A stretch of 64,000 nucleotides of DNA from the IMG/VR virus record IMGVR_UViG_3300042542_005523; one strand, written 5' to 3'. Numbering within the stretch: the first letter of the stretch is position 1; each line of letters starts with the position of its first letter. Positions 47,701 through 56,444 of this stretch are shown piece after piece. The translations under genes were made by a program, and so were the position numbers. The notes below the pieces were generated by a model. That model ran no database searches. It was not told where the DNA came from and was given only the letters and a program-made list of their open reading frames with translations. The DNA is from a virus (Duplodnaviria > Caudoviricetes).

Positions 47701-48837
47701 ACTAGTACTGCGAGGCCATTTGAAAGTAATGCTGGATACCTGAGTAAGTATAATGGTTATTATACGGTGACTAATCAGCACTATGGAGCTACATCTGGTA
47801 CATATCTCGGTAAAGATATAGAACTTGGCCTACCCAGTCAGTATTTAGTAACCGGTTTTGTAAACCCATCAAATTCCACGGAGAAAGTAGTATTTGGTCC
47901 TTTGCCTAATATACAAATAATCACACAAACCACATCGGGATATCCAATATCAACAGATCTTGATATTTGGAATTCTAGACCTATTGCTACAGAAACTGGT
48001 AATCTGGTTGGTATTTTCGCAGGTGCAACATCCGATTCATACTCGACTAGTTTACAGAATATTTACGTCTTCAAGCAGGATTTAAATACTGGAATAGTGA
48101 GCACATTAAGTTTAGAAAATGTTAAAACAATAGGTGGTAATATATTCTCTTCTGATTCAATAGGGAACATATTCTTTACTGGTCAGAATGCTTCCACCTA
48201 TGGCGGATCAACAGGACCTGCTTGGTTGGATTATGTTACGACTAATAGTAACGCTAATGTGTATTCTTTCCTTTCTGAGCAATACATTCCTCAACTTGGT
48301 GTCAATATGGGACAGATTATATCTAGACCAGGGTCGAACCCGTGGACGTGGTGTGACGTACACCAATCTGATAAGGGACTGACACTTCCGCAGCTTTGCA
48401 CTGTTTTCTTCTCCAATTATAATTCTGCTATCTACGGAAAGCAAAATAACGTATGGATACTAAGCGATGCGAAAACCGGCACAGAGATATTGAATGTTAA
48501 GAACACTCCTTATTTTATTTACACATTCGCTCAGGAGGGCTATTACTCCATTTACAATTCAGTGGAGGATGCATTCGGAAATGTATATGAAGTATCTAAT
48601 CCTGCTTTTGTTACCGTAGTGAATTACACAGATAAAAACCCTAATGATAAAAATCCTTTCGCTGTTAATTCATCAGATTACGGATGGCCAATACCACCAA
48701 AAAACACTGATCAGAAGCTACAAGCTTTAGAGAAAACAATGGCTCAGGATCAAATTGAAAATGCTAAAAATAATAAATTACCTTTCGTTTCGAACCTAGT
48801 TATTAAGGATAATCCTGACGCCACTTTTAATCAGTAA
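44737..48837 (+). CDS. tail appendage / receptor-binding-like protein with N-terminal beta-propeller and C-terminal PKD-like domain
   Basis: Repeating (L/I)xxD..G..W blades; C-terminal YTFAQEGYYSIYNSVED is PKD-like. Confidence 0.55.
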   Translation: MPYSGLYTLGFDIDSNDKIWAVGQDLRMFNGATWTYYNYQNSAVPSVAPYYLDTRTVSISPDGTKWVGCAEIASLDDPAIFYIAPDDVNTGKSWSFNDIDTFNSPMEVSKIYACPYGNDVLAFLTLGGTGSAGLTGGFLYRYDIPNDSWKRVADGYIWPHIYDIKARGFGGDDYRYYLGTSQGIIEIPGEELGVSYLEGNIPYIPSANFYNSSNFSNLSDNIYSLGLDENFNLWSGSDSGKLQFWDFQTWQTFDTPGATASVTSLAIRDNGHVFWGNYDIGPGLYHFNGVTGSLIGLSGSNQILSLGIQNRNRNQDGVLTYENDLWILAQNQLDRLSYEVPYVKASSLQQGATGWNFTYYTQATGSTRPFANSIPGVNKYTWEYPYWQTYQTDYLQYKFPGLDPRNLFLTTELSAIASGEAGKQPYWNNPPIPSVEDMDLVDSVQEAKWAQIVSNLLVANVTDFFIYTNCIIDTEAYKRYVIGGTIKGRYEPFSNGVEVSPASSGILLGKDINGDDAYLFASNPSLAGSLNIRGGQTYNASAPPASSTESYTGFIASYDEDGRVIDSMVIPGKSTKVLRIIPSEDGNSIYVGGSFNGLIEVGDYIWSSVAPTVGPTGAPIGLTNSDVPGLDTDYSWIYTPGGTGAYSPNVGIQWTYRNPSSTSTSNSNFRLYGEDGVTQVSGDLSSSTAIKYISLGSSPASGSFSLSSSNLYTGMVVQIGGAYYRIDTITFNLPDSNFSSIVRCIGVTWVSGTQSLTSGSNYNFDFWYWNQLSFPLIRNGATSTSSIEAGSGIFIMELTNNIGNTTSLRDVNSETDWKYQVKNFRHFPSDVNAVNPNTVEQLMMDSSLDKLAFSFQTDYTTPTYKISTLKNAWNRTTDNIYVPDQLGNTGTSSDVNGVIIMNSLDFSLRAAAQINNDGMDSVTAVSVASLSGTETLAVNGSTNVSINITGVTLTNPTVYSGYKPFYFIMDYSDPGNIGITGSFFSSFGTSTARPFESNAGYLSKYNGYYTVTNQHYGATSGTYLGKDIELGLPSQYLVTGFVNPSNSTEKVVFGPLPNIQIITQTTSGYPISTDLDIWNSRPIATETGNLVGIFAGATSDSYSTSLQNIYVFKQDLNTGIVSTLSLENVKTIGGNIFSSDSIGNIFFTGQNASTYGGSTGPAWLDYVTTNSNANVYSFLSEQYIPQLGVNMGQIISRPGSNPWTWCDVHQSDKGLTLPQLCTVFFSNYNSAIYGKQNNVWILSDAKTGTEILNVKNTPYFIYTFAQEGYYSIYNSVEDAFGNVYEVSNPAFVTVVNYTDKNPNDKNPFAVNSSDYGWPIPPKNTDQKLQALEKTMAQDQIENAKNNKLPFVSNLVIKDNPDATFNQ

Positions 48838-48854
48838 AAATAAGTGGATAAATC

Positions 48855-48883
48855 GAATCCTTTTTGTTTATAAGTAATATAAT
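48855..48883 (+). promoter_or_regulatory. putative early/middle promoter GAATCC-N17-TATAAT
   Basis: Upstream of phoH ATG 48891; weaker upstream element. Confidence 0.4.
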
Positions 48884-48890
48884 ATCTAAT

Positions 48891-49571
48891 ATGGAAAAAC
48901 TATCAAAAATCCCAAATTCGGAAAAAAGAAAACCTAAAAATCCGATAAGATTTAAAATTGAATTAAACGAGGAACAAAAAATAGCAAAATCACTGATTTA
49001 CGATAATCCTGTTGTCTTGATAAAAGGTCAAGCAGGATCTGGTAAGACTTTAGTTGCTTGCCAGGTTGCTATGGACATGTTTTTCAAAAGGGAAATAGAA
49101 AAGATCATAATAACCAGACCGACTGTAGCAAAAGAGGATATAGGTTTTTTGCCCGGAGATCTTAAGGAAAAAATGGATCCGTGGTTGGCTCCCATCTATT
49201 CAAATCTCCATCTTTTATACGATAGAGAGAAAGTTGATAAGATGCTAGCTGAGAATCAAATAGAGATAGTGCCTTTTGCCTTCATGAGAGGTAGAACATT
49301 CCCTAATTCCTTCGTTGTCGTTGACGAGTGTCAAAACATCACACACAGTCAAACCGAGATGATGCTAGGCCGCTTAGGTAAAGGTGGTAAAATGGTTTTC
49401 TGCGGGGACATAACACAATCGGATCTTAAGAATAAGAAAGAAAGCGGAATAAGCTTTTTTGCTAGATTAGAGGAGAATGTTAAGGGTGTTAAAGTGATCT
49501 CGCTTAAAACTAATCATAGACACGAAATAGTGGAACCGATCCTTAGAGTTTACGGTGACTTTAGAGATTAG
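48891..49571 (+). CDS. phoH: PhoH family ATPase
   Basis: GQAGSGKT, ITRP, FLPG, RGRTF, DECQN, GDITQSD. ATG 48891 preferred over TTG 48864. Confidence 0.95.
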   Translation: MEKLSKIPNSEKRKPKNPIRFKIELNEEQKIAKSLIYDNPVVLIKGQAGSGKTLVACQVAMDMFFKREIEKIIITRPTVAKEDIGFLPGDLKEKMDPWLAPIYSNLHLLYDREKVDKMLAENQIEIVPFAFMRGRTFPNSFVVVDECQNITHSQTEMMLGRLGKGGKMVFCGDITQSDLKNKKESGISFFARLEENVKGVKVISLKTNHRHEIVEPILRVYGDFRD

Positions 49572-49595
49572 TGTTTATTGATATAATTTCTCTTC

Positions 49596-49603
49596 GATAT
49601 ATA
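49596..49603 (+). promoter_or_regulatory. putative late promoter GATATATA
   Basis: Between phoH and the next structural gene. Confidence 0.75.
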
Positions 49604-49635
49604 ACTCTGAAAAAAGGATAAAAAAATAATAAAAA

Positions 49636-50559
49636 ATGGCATCTGTAAGTATTACTGAAATTTTAGGTTCTGATTCGATATCGGGATCTAGAATTACCAT
49701 AAATTCCAACTTTCTAATTCTTCAGAATTGGGTAAATGGATTTGAAAATGTATTTGGAATAGACACCTCTACTGGTGTAATGGATCTAACTGGAGCTTCA
49801 ACGGGTAGGGTTTCTGCTTTGACTATTAGAGCAAACACTTTCTCCACCCCTGCGTCAGGCACTGCACTAGCAGCAATAGCAAGTAACGGTGCTGCTTCTT
49901 TTGTTTCGACGTCAACACAGACACTAGCAGTATCTGGAGCATCCACATTTAGTGGGGCATTGGGTATAGCTGGTAATCTAACTCAAGCAGCTGGTGTAAC
50001 AGCTAGCTTTGCTGGTAACGTTGGTTATACTGGAAGATCGACTTACGGGGCTTATTCTAACGAGGTCCATGCAAACAACTGGAGCACTAATGGATCATTA
50101 GCTGGTGGAGCACCTGGATTAACTTCTGCATTTCCTGTTAGTACAACTGGTGTAGGCGGCGGTGGTATATCTACTAATGTTAACAATCCTTACATCTTCA
50201 CTGGAACTGAAGATGTTATCTATGCAAACTGCGGTCCAACCGGATTTTACATGCAGGTTGTTGGGGGAAGCGGAGGCACAGCATCTAACTTGCCTTCTGG
50301 ATACAGAGTTACTATCGTTAACACTGCAAGAGCAACCACACCTTTTATTGCAACTGGAGTTACTGGTGTAACACAAACTTACTATACTGGGTTTAATACT
50401 ACCAGCACATATGGCTCGTATACTGGTATCACTTTCGCAGCTAATACTCCATACAGAAGTTCTGTTACACTACAATGGGAATCTAGAATTGCAGGTGACC
50501 AAACAGAACAAAAAGGTTCATGGGTTATTCTAGGTGGACAGAACGTTACAGCTGGATAA
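49636..50559 (+). CDS. short tail fibre-like protein
   Basis: N-terminal ITEILGSDSISGSRITINSNF module; G/S/T/A-rich beta-strand body. Confidence 0.55.
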   Translation: MASVSITEILGSDSISGSRITINSNFLILQNWVNGFENVFGIDTSTGVMDLTGASTGRVSALTIRANTFSTPASGTALAAIASNGAASFVSTSTQTLAVSGASTFSGALGIAGNLTQAAGVTASFAGNVGYTGRSTYGAYSNEVHANNWSTNGSLAGGAPGLTSAFPVSTTGVGGGGISTNVNNPYIFTGTEDVIYANCGPTGFYMQVVGGSGGTASNLPSGYRVTIVNTARATTPFIATGVTGVTQTYYTGFNTTSTYGSYTGITFAANTPYRSSVTLQWESRIAGDQTEQKGSWVILGGQNVTAG

Positions 50560-50580
50560 AAAAACAAAGGATAGAAGAAG

Positions 50581-52782
50581 ATGGCAAAAACCCCTTTTAT
50601 TAGGCCCCTGCAAGTTCAGGGTGGAACTTTTTATACATTTAGTTCAGCGGCAGAGGACCTTGCTTTTACATTTAATAATTCGGTCAATAAATTCAGGTTT
50701 TCCAAATTTGCACTATTGAATATTCCTGATATTAGCACCACTGCTTCTCAGGATAATACGGTTAAATTAAACGCTCCGGATAGCGCATTTATAGATTGGA
50801 GTACTGGTACATATAATCTCGTGCCTAGTGATGCTAATATTGCATTCTCTCAAAGCTTTCAATCGTACTGTTTAAATTTAGAAACGACTATAACCAGCAG
50901 CGATGAATACGACCCATCGTTAAAACAGAATGTCTCGGAGAGGGTTTTCTGGAAATGGATGAGAGAGATTGGAGCTTTGAGATTTAAAGCGGCGTCTTCT
51001 GAACAGGTGTCACCGTCTTTAGATCAAAATAGCGTTACGTTCGATTCTAATGGATTGCCAGTAACACAGAAGAGATACGTTGAGGGAGATGAGCCTACTG
51101 GGCAAACCGGAGGTTATGGATTAACAGGTCCTTATAGTAAAGTGGTTCAGTATATTGGTGGTCTTGATATTGTTAACTCTGTTAGGAATCAAGATAATGC
51201 TTATTCCGAGGTTTATGTATACGTGCCAACCTCTGACGGTAGCACTCCTACTGTTCTATTTAAGAACGTTGTTGATACCAATTACTACCCAGATTTTACT
51301 TGGACCAACAATCCTTCGGATCCTTTAGATGCCGAATATCTAACTGGAAGATCTTATTTGGATGTAAATCCTTCTGGATTGAGTACTTTAGCTATCTTTG
51401 ACGAGGAAGCTTCAGGCGTACCAACTGTTTCTTATAGTGATACTTTTGATGGATCAACTTACACAGGGAACTGGTATGCACCCCTAGATACACCAAACAG
51501 TTATTTTTCTGACGATTCTTTCGTTAATCCATATAATAAGATTCTAAGCAAAACTTATGGATCGATAACAAATTGGGAATTCGTTAGATCAAACCTTGAT
51601 TCAATAGGATTGGATTTCGATCCAAATTCATACAAACAAATTATCGATAATCCTAGCATTTCTACCATTGAGGAATTTAATTCCACCTCGGATGCTAACG
51701 ATTTTGATTTTAATGCTGTTCTGATTTATTATGATGTATACGATCCTGCTAATGAAGCTGACGTTGCGACTAACTTGTATGGTGTTCTTTTTCTAGACGA
51801 CGTTAATTCGGAATCTGGCGATTCTTTCATTCCTAGATTTAGTAAATATAGACCAAATCCAGTTACTAAACTAAACGGTAACTCTTACGGATTTAAGATC
51901 AATCTTAAATTCGATACCGATGTAGATCAGACAGGAGTAGAGCAGGCTATAAATGACTATTCGTCATTCTCGCTGTCTATGTTTATGGATGCTATGAATG
52001 TATTGCAAGATGCCTCTGGTACTATAAATGACACGGCTTCACAGTTTATCTTCTTAGAGCAGAGAGTTACTGCTATGGAGGATTTGCTTCTATCTAGCAC
52101 AACCACAGCTACACTTGAAGCTAGAATAGCACAACTTGAATCTTCCTATGCTGCTAACCAATCGTTATTCACGAACACGAACGCAGTTATGCAGCTCATA
52201 GATCAAAACTATGAGATTTTGAGGTCCATTATAAATGGGCAATCCTCTATAACAGTTTCATATGATCTTGATTTAGTAAAGCAAGGGATGGGTATTAATG
52301 TCGACAGAACGATACCAAATGAGCTTTATATAAATAACGCTAACCAGGATTTCAATATAGGATCAAATTATGGTGTTGGTACTCTGACACAAACTGGTTC
52401 TAATGTGATACCGTTAGTTGAGTTTTCCAACTACTTCAAGCACGTAAACAACGGAATACCAATAACTTTAACGCAGGATCTAAACATCAGACTACAGGAT
52501 ACTACCGTTAGATGGAAAACAGGGCAAAGATTCAGAATAACCTTTGGTGATAGAGTCTATCCCTCTGCATTCTTTGTTAATATCTTGACTAATGCAACAG
52601 GTGAATATCCAGTTTCAAATCCAAGCGGGACTCCTTATTCAACCCTAATTATTTCATTAGATTCCGATTTCTTCTCTGGGTACGATTATATGCCAGTTCT
52701 AGAAATCGTGTGCATCGATCAAAATAACTTGATATTCCAGGTTGATGCTATAGGAAAAAGTTTAACAAATAATAATATCTAA
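50581..52782 (+). CDS. virion structural protein, function unknown
   Basis: 733-aa ORF in the tail operon with a short coiled coil (LEQRVTAMED...LEARIAQLE). Confidence 0.55.
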   Translation: MAKTPFIRPLQVQGGTFYTFSSAAEDLAFTFNNSVNKFRFSKFALLNIPDISTTASQDNTVKLNAPDSAFIDWSTGTYNLVPSDANIAFSQSFQSYCLNLETTITSSDEYDPSLKQNVSERVFWKWMREIGALRFKAASSEQVSPSLDQNSVTFDSNGLPVTQKRYVEGDEPTGQTGGYGLTGPYSKVVQYIGGLDIVNSVRNQDNAYSEVYVYVPTSDGSTPTVLFKNVVDTNYYPDFTWTNNPSDPLDAEYLTGRSYLDVNPSGLSTLAIFDEEASGVPTVSYSDTFDGSTYTGNWYAPLDTPNSYFSDDSFVNPYNKILSKTYGSITNWEFVRSNLDSIGLDFDPNSYKQIIDNPSISTIEEFNSTSDANDFDFNAVLIYYDVYDPANEADVATNLYGVLFLDDVNSESGDSFIPRFSKYRPNPVTKLNGNSYGFKINLKFDTDVDQTGVEQAINDYSSFSLSMFMDAMNVLQDASGTINDTASQFIFLEQRVTAMEDLLLSSTTTATLEARIAQLESSYAANQSLFTNTNAVMQLIDQNYEILRSIINGQSSITVSYDLDLVKQGMGINVDRTIPNELYINNANQDFNIGSNYGVGTLTQTGSNVIPLVEFSNYFKHVNNGIPITLTQDLNIRLQDTTVRWKTGQRFRITFGDRVYPSAFFVNILTNATGEYPVSNPSGTPYSTLIISLDSDFFSGYDYMPVLEIVCIDQNNLIFQVDAIGKSLTNNNI

Positions 52783-52787
52783 TCAAA

Positions 52788-55700
52788 ATGGCAGGCACCC
52801 AAAATTCGATAAGTTCTTTAGTGGCTCAATTTCTGAGGCTTCAAAAGAATGCCTTAGAAATTATTAATGGCTTAAATGAGGTAGCGACGTCTACAAATGA
52901 AACCGTTTCTATCGAGGTATTAGATGACAATGGGAATCCCACAACAGCGAGCATTCCTTCGTATGGATACATGAGAGCCCAAATCGAGAGGATTGATAAT
53001 AATATTAAATCTTTAGCTGGAATATCTAACGGATCAACTGTTAGAAATCCCGACGGAACATATTCGCAGGTCTTCAAAGCAGAGCCTTTAAAGAATCCTG
53101 CACCGATGAGCAATCTTCCCGTACCTGGAACATTCCAGACCAAGGACAATTGGTTCTTTGAAAGCTTTCTGAGTCCACTTTTATATGTGAGTATAGATGT
53201 AACAGGAAAGATCTCTGAAAATGCTGATAGAATACTTGTTAAAAGAATTATTGCTAACACAACAACTCAGGCTCAAAAGGATTTCTTTGATAATTCTTTA
53301 AAGGGTAGAAATGACGTTTCTTATGATACCTTCGTATCCGAATTAACTGCTGCGGGAATTCAATACTTCACTGACGAAAGTCTAGAGCAATTACCTCTGA
53401 GAAAACTTAGATATACTGGATCTTTTAGTGTTACCTCTTTTTACGATAGCGTTGTTTCTACAACAAGCCAAAATGGACAACTAGTTCAAACAACTGTTCG
53501 TAATTATAAACTAACAAGTTTAAAGTACACAGATACAACAACAGGGGTAAAGAATAGCAGGACACTCAATAACGGGAATAGACTAGCAACCGCAGACGGA
53601 ACGATCTATTTAATCACCTCTGTTAACCTAGACGAATCCTCAGTTCAATTACAGAGGGTATCCGGTTATCAGCAGGTTTTCTTAGGAGCTGATACACTTA
53701 GCTATTTCTCAAATGACCTTGGCGACAGATTCGTTGATGTTAACATCGGAAATGATGAAAGACAAGGAGTTTTCTTTAAGACAATCGATGATAATTTCAA
53801 TATAGTTTCATCTGAGTGGTCCACAGGTATCACATTCTGGAGCAGTGAATTAACCACGCTGGATTCAGCTGGTAATCTTGTTTCACTGGAACAGTTTTAT
53901 TTGACACAGGTAGCGGATATCGGTAAGGTATTTCTCGATATGGCAAAGGAAAAAACAGTTCCTGCTATTCAAGGATTAACACCTAACGTGCCTACTGTTG
54001 CTGAGACAAACTTTAAAGTGGTTCAAATTAACAAGCAGGTTACTGACTCTGTTTCTGCTAAAACAGCTACAGATAAGGTTGCTGCTAAAAGTTCACTTAA
54101 GACCGAAATAGATGCATTGGATGCTTCGATTAATCAAACTAAAGTTCAGCTAAACCAAGCTAAATCACTGGGCACAACTAAAGCTTCCTCCGGAGCAGTT
54201 AGTACGATACAAGCGAAATTAGATTCCCTTATAAACGAGAAATCAAAGAAGAGTCAGCTTTACTCTTCTGTTGTAAAGGACATCCAAACAACTACGTCGG
54301 ATCTTTCACAGATTGATACGCAGCCTAAATATAGGGTAAGAGGATTCTGGGCAATACCCGATCCTGTTTTCGATCCTTTAACCGGTTCTCAGCAGGTAAT
54401 AGCTTTCAAGGTAAGATACAGATATCTTTCCGATAGTGGTGCAACACAGCCAACTGAGCAAATTAAATTCGTTGATAATAACGGACAACAAAAGACCGGA
54501 GCTTTCTCCAACTGGGTAGAATATACAACTCCAATCAGAAAGAAAGTCTATGATGAGAATAGAGGAGTTTATGTTTGGGCTCCTGAGAATGTTGATAATG
54601 CTGATGCTCAAAATATAAATCAAATTGATATTCCCATTCAAAAGGGTGAAAAAGTAGAAATACAAATCGCATCTGTGTCTGAAGCGGGATGGCCTAATAA
54701 TCCTCACGTATCGATATATTCCGATCCTGTTTCTATTTCCTTCCCTAGCGACTTAGCTGTAAATGGTATAACTGATCTATTGAAGAAAAATAGCGAGGAT
54801 TCAGCAGTGGTAACGGTTCAGGAGAATCTTAATGCACAGGGACTTCCGCAGCATCTTTCCGAGCAGTTTACTGAGAATGTAGTTACATATTTCCACCAGG
54901 CCTCGAGTATAGCATCTGGCTTTTTCAATTCAGCGGGTGGAACCATAAGCATATTTGATAAATTAGCGGAACTTCAACAACAGATTGCCACACTACAATC
55001 TCTTGTCTCTGTTACTGTTGGTGTTCTTGAAGTTTATTTATTAGACGGTATTAGTTCACTTCAAGTTTCAGCTGGACAGGTAATTTCATTAAATGCGGGA
55101 TACTATAATGATCTATTTGACCTAACTGTTCCTGCAAATGTAGGTAAGATATACACTAAGACCTATCTTATATCCCTTACTAACTCTCAGGCAACCCCTG
55201 TAGAACTTCAGTCTATAGTTCCTGGTGGATTTACCACTCAAGCTCCTATTTCGACTTATCCACAGATAGATGGCTACGGAACTAACCTTAGATATGGTGC
55301 GGTTCCTTTATCGGTAACAACATACGCATCTTCAGACGTAATTTCAAATACCGACATTTATCAGGCTGCTCCTTTTGCATGTGCTCAAACATATGGACAG
55401 TACATGTATTCAAGGTACAAGAACATCGGATTGAATCAGGACCTATATCTAACAAGTTCACAGATACCGGCTTTCAATCCTTTATATGACTATTCAGGTA
55501 CTACACCTAGCACTTCCTTCTTTGGTGTAACTGGTGGAATTATGCCTCTCAATGGATCTTGTTTGATACCATATGATCCGCAAAATACGCCAGTCACAGC
55601 TTCCGGCGGTACAGCTGCAGGTATCTGGTCTGGTTTATGGTCAGGAACAACACCACAGGGAGGAGGGTACGTTTCAGAATTCTGTATATCTACAACCCAT

Positions 55701-56351
55701 CCTGCTCTGAATACTGGTGCTACAGGTGATTATGTTACCTACGTTAAGCCTAATTTCGATAATACCGTAACTGGGTCTATTTTGTATCCTGCATTCAGAC
55801 ATGCAATCGGATTCTACGCTGATACAACTCTACCTGAGTATTATTCACAAACTCAATATAGAACTCCAACAGCAGCGGCAGGAGCAACTGCTGCCTCTGT
55901 TGACATATACGATTCGCAGTGGCAGGATAGAGTTGGATTTGATGCAAACGATCAGTACCTCATTGGTAAATATTCCTGTGGTGCTTATCTTTTCTTAGGT
56001 ATACCACAAACAACTTATTTAGCTGTAGATGGATTTACGTCTCAGTCATCTAAGAGGATCTATCAAGGACAGAATAACTCTGTCAATATTCCGATTATAT
56101 TCCAATTTAGAGCACAGGATGTTGGCGGATATATCGGAGGATATAGAAAAGCTGGTACTTTGAGTAATGTAACTTATACTAAGAAGATTGGTATAGACTT
56201 ACAACAGAGAGCGATTAGTGTATTTTCTTTTGATATAGAAGTTACCGGTTCGTATAGAAACCAGACCCTTATAGCTCCTAACTTTGGCTCTCAAGTAACT
56301 CCACCAGCAAATTCTACGGTTAATATTATAAATAACGTACTACGTGGTTAA
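52788..56351 (+). CDS. virion structural protein with coiled coils and an FN3/Ig-like segment
   Basis: 1187-aa ORF; coiled coil LKTEIDALDASINQTK; beta segment FKVRYRYL...VEIQIASVSEAGWP. Confidence 0.55.
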   Translation: MAGTQNSISSLVAQFLRLQKNALEIINGLNEVATSTNETVSIEVLDDNGNPTTASIPSYGYMRAQIERIDNNIKSLAGISNGSTVRNPDGTYSQVFKAEPLKNPAPMSNLPVPGTFQTKDNWFFESFLSPLLYVSIDVTGKISENADRILVKRIIANTTTQAQKDFFDNSLKGRNDVSYDTFVSELTAAGIQYFTDESLEQLPLRKLRYTGSFSVTSFYDSVVSTTSQNGQLVQTTVRNYKLTSLKYTDTTTGVKNSRTLNNGNRLATADGTIYLITSVNLDESSVQLQRVSGYQQVFLGADTLSYFSNDLGDRFVDVNIGNDERQGVFFKTIDDNFNIVSSEWSTGITFWSSELTTLDSAGNLVSLEQFYLTQVADIGKVFLDMAKEKTVPAIQGLTPNVPTVAETNFKVVQINKQVTDSVSAKTATDKVAAKSSLKTEIDALDASINQTKVQLNQAKSLGTTKASSGAVSTIQAKLDSLINEKSKKSQLYSSVVKDIQTTTSDLSQIDTQPKYRVRGFWAIPDPVFDPLTGSQQVIAFKVRYRYLSDSGATQPTEQIKFVDNNGQQKTGAFSNWVEYTTPIRKKVYDENRGVYVWAPENVDNADAQNINQIDIPIQKGEKVEIQIASVSEAGWPNNPHVSIYSDPVSISFPSDLAVNGITDLLKKNSEDSAVVTVQENLNAQGLPQHLSEQFTENVVTYFHQASSIASGFFNSAGGTISIFDKLAELQQQIATLQSLVSVTVGVLEVYLLDGISSLQVSAGQVISLNAGYYNDLFDLTVPANVGKIYTKTYLISLTNSQATPVELQSIVPGGFTTQAPISTYPQIDGYGTNLRYGAVPLSVTTYASSDVISNTDIYQAAPFACAQTYGQYMYSRYKNIGLNQDLYLTSSQIPAFNPLYDYSGTTPSTSFFGVTGGIMPLNGSCLIPYDPQNTPVTASGGTAAGIWSGLWSGTTPQGGGYVSEFCISTTHPALNTGATGDYVTYVKPNFDNTVTGSILYPAFRHAIGFYADTTLPEYYSQTQYRTPTAAAGATAASVDIYDSQWQDRVGFDANDQYLIGKYSCGAYLFLGIPQTTYLAVDGFTSQSSKRIYQGQNNSVNIPIIFQFRAQDVGGYIGGYRKAGTLSNVTYTKKIGIDLQQRAISVFSFDIEVTGSYRNQTLIAPNFGSQVTPPANSTVNIINNVLRG

Positions 56352-56406
56352 AATGGTAATTCTATTTTGGATTGAACAAATGGAATTGACAGCCTTTTTA
56401 ATCGAT

Positions 56407-56414
56407 GATAAATA
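56407..56414 (+). promoter_or_regulatory. late-type box variant GATAAATA at base of a 9-bp hairpin
   Basis: Before ATG 56445. Confidence 0.6.
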
Positions 56415-56444
56415 CTAATAACAGATTCTAATAATTATTAGTAA

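Noticed and set aside
64-55998. Many short minus-strand and alternate-frame ORFs in the track (e.g. 1166-1651, 6600-6980, 52841-53260)
   Set aside because: They lie wholly within long, motif-bearing + strand genes, show antisense-shadow composition and have no recognisable motifs or promoters.
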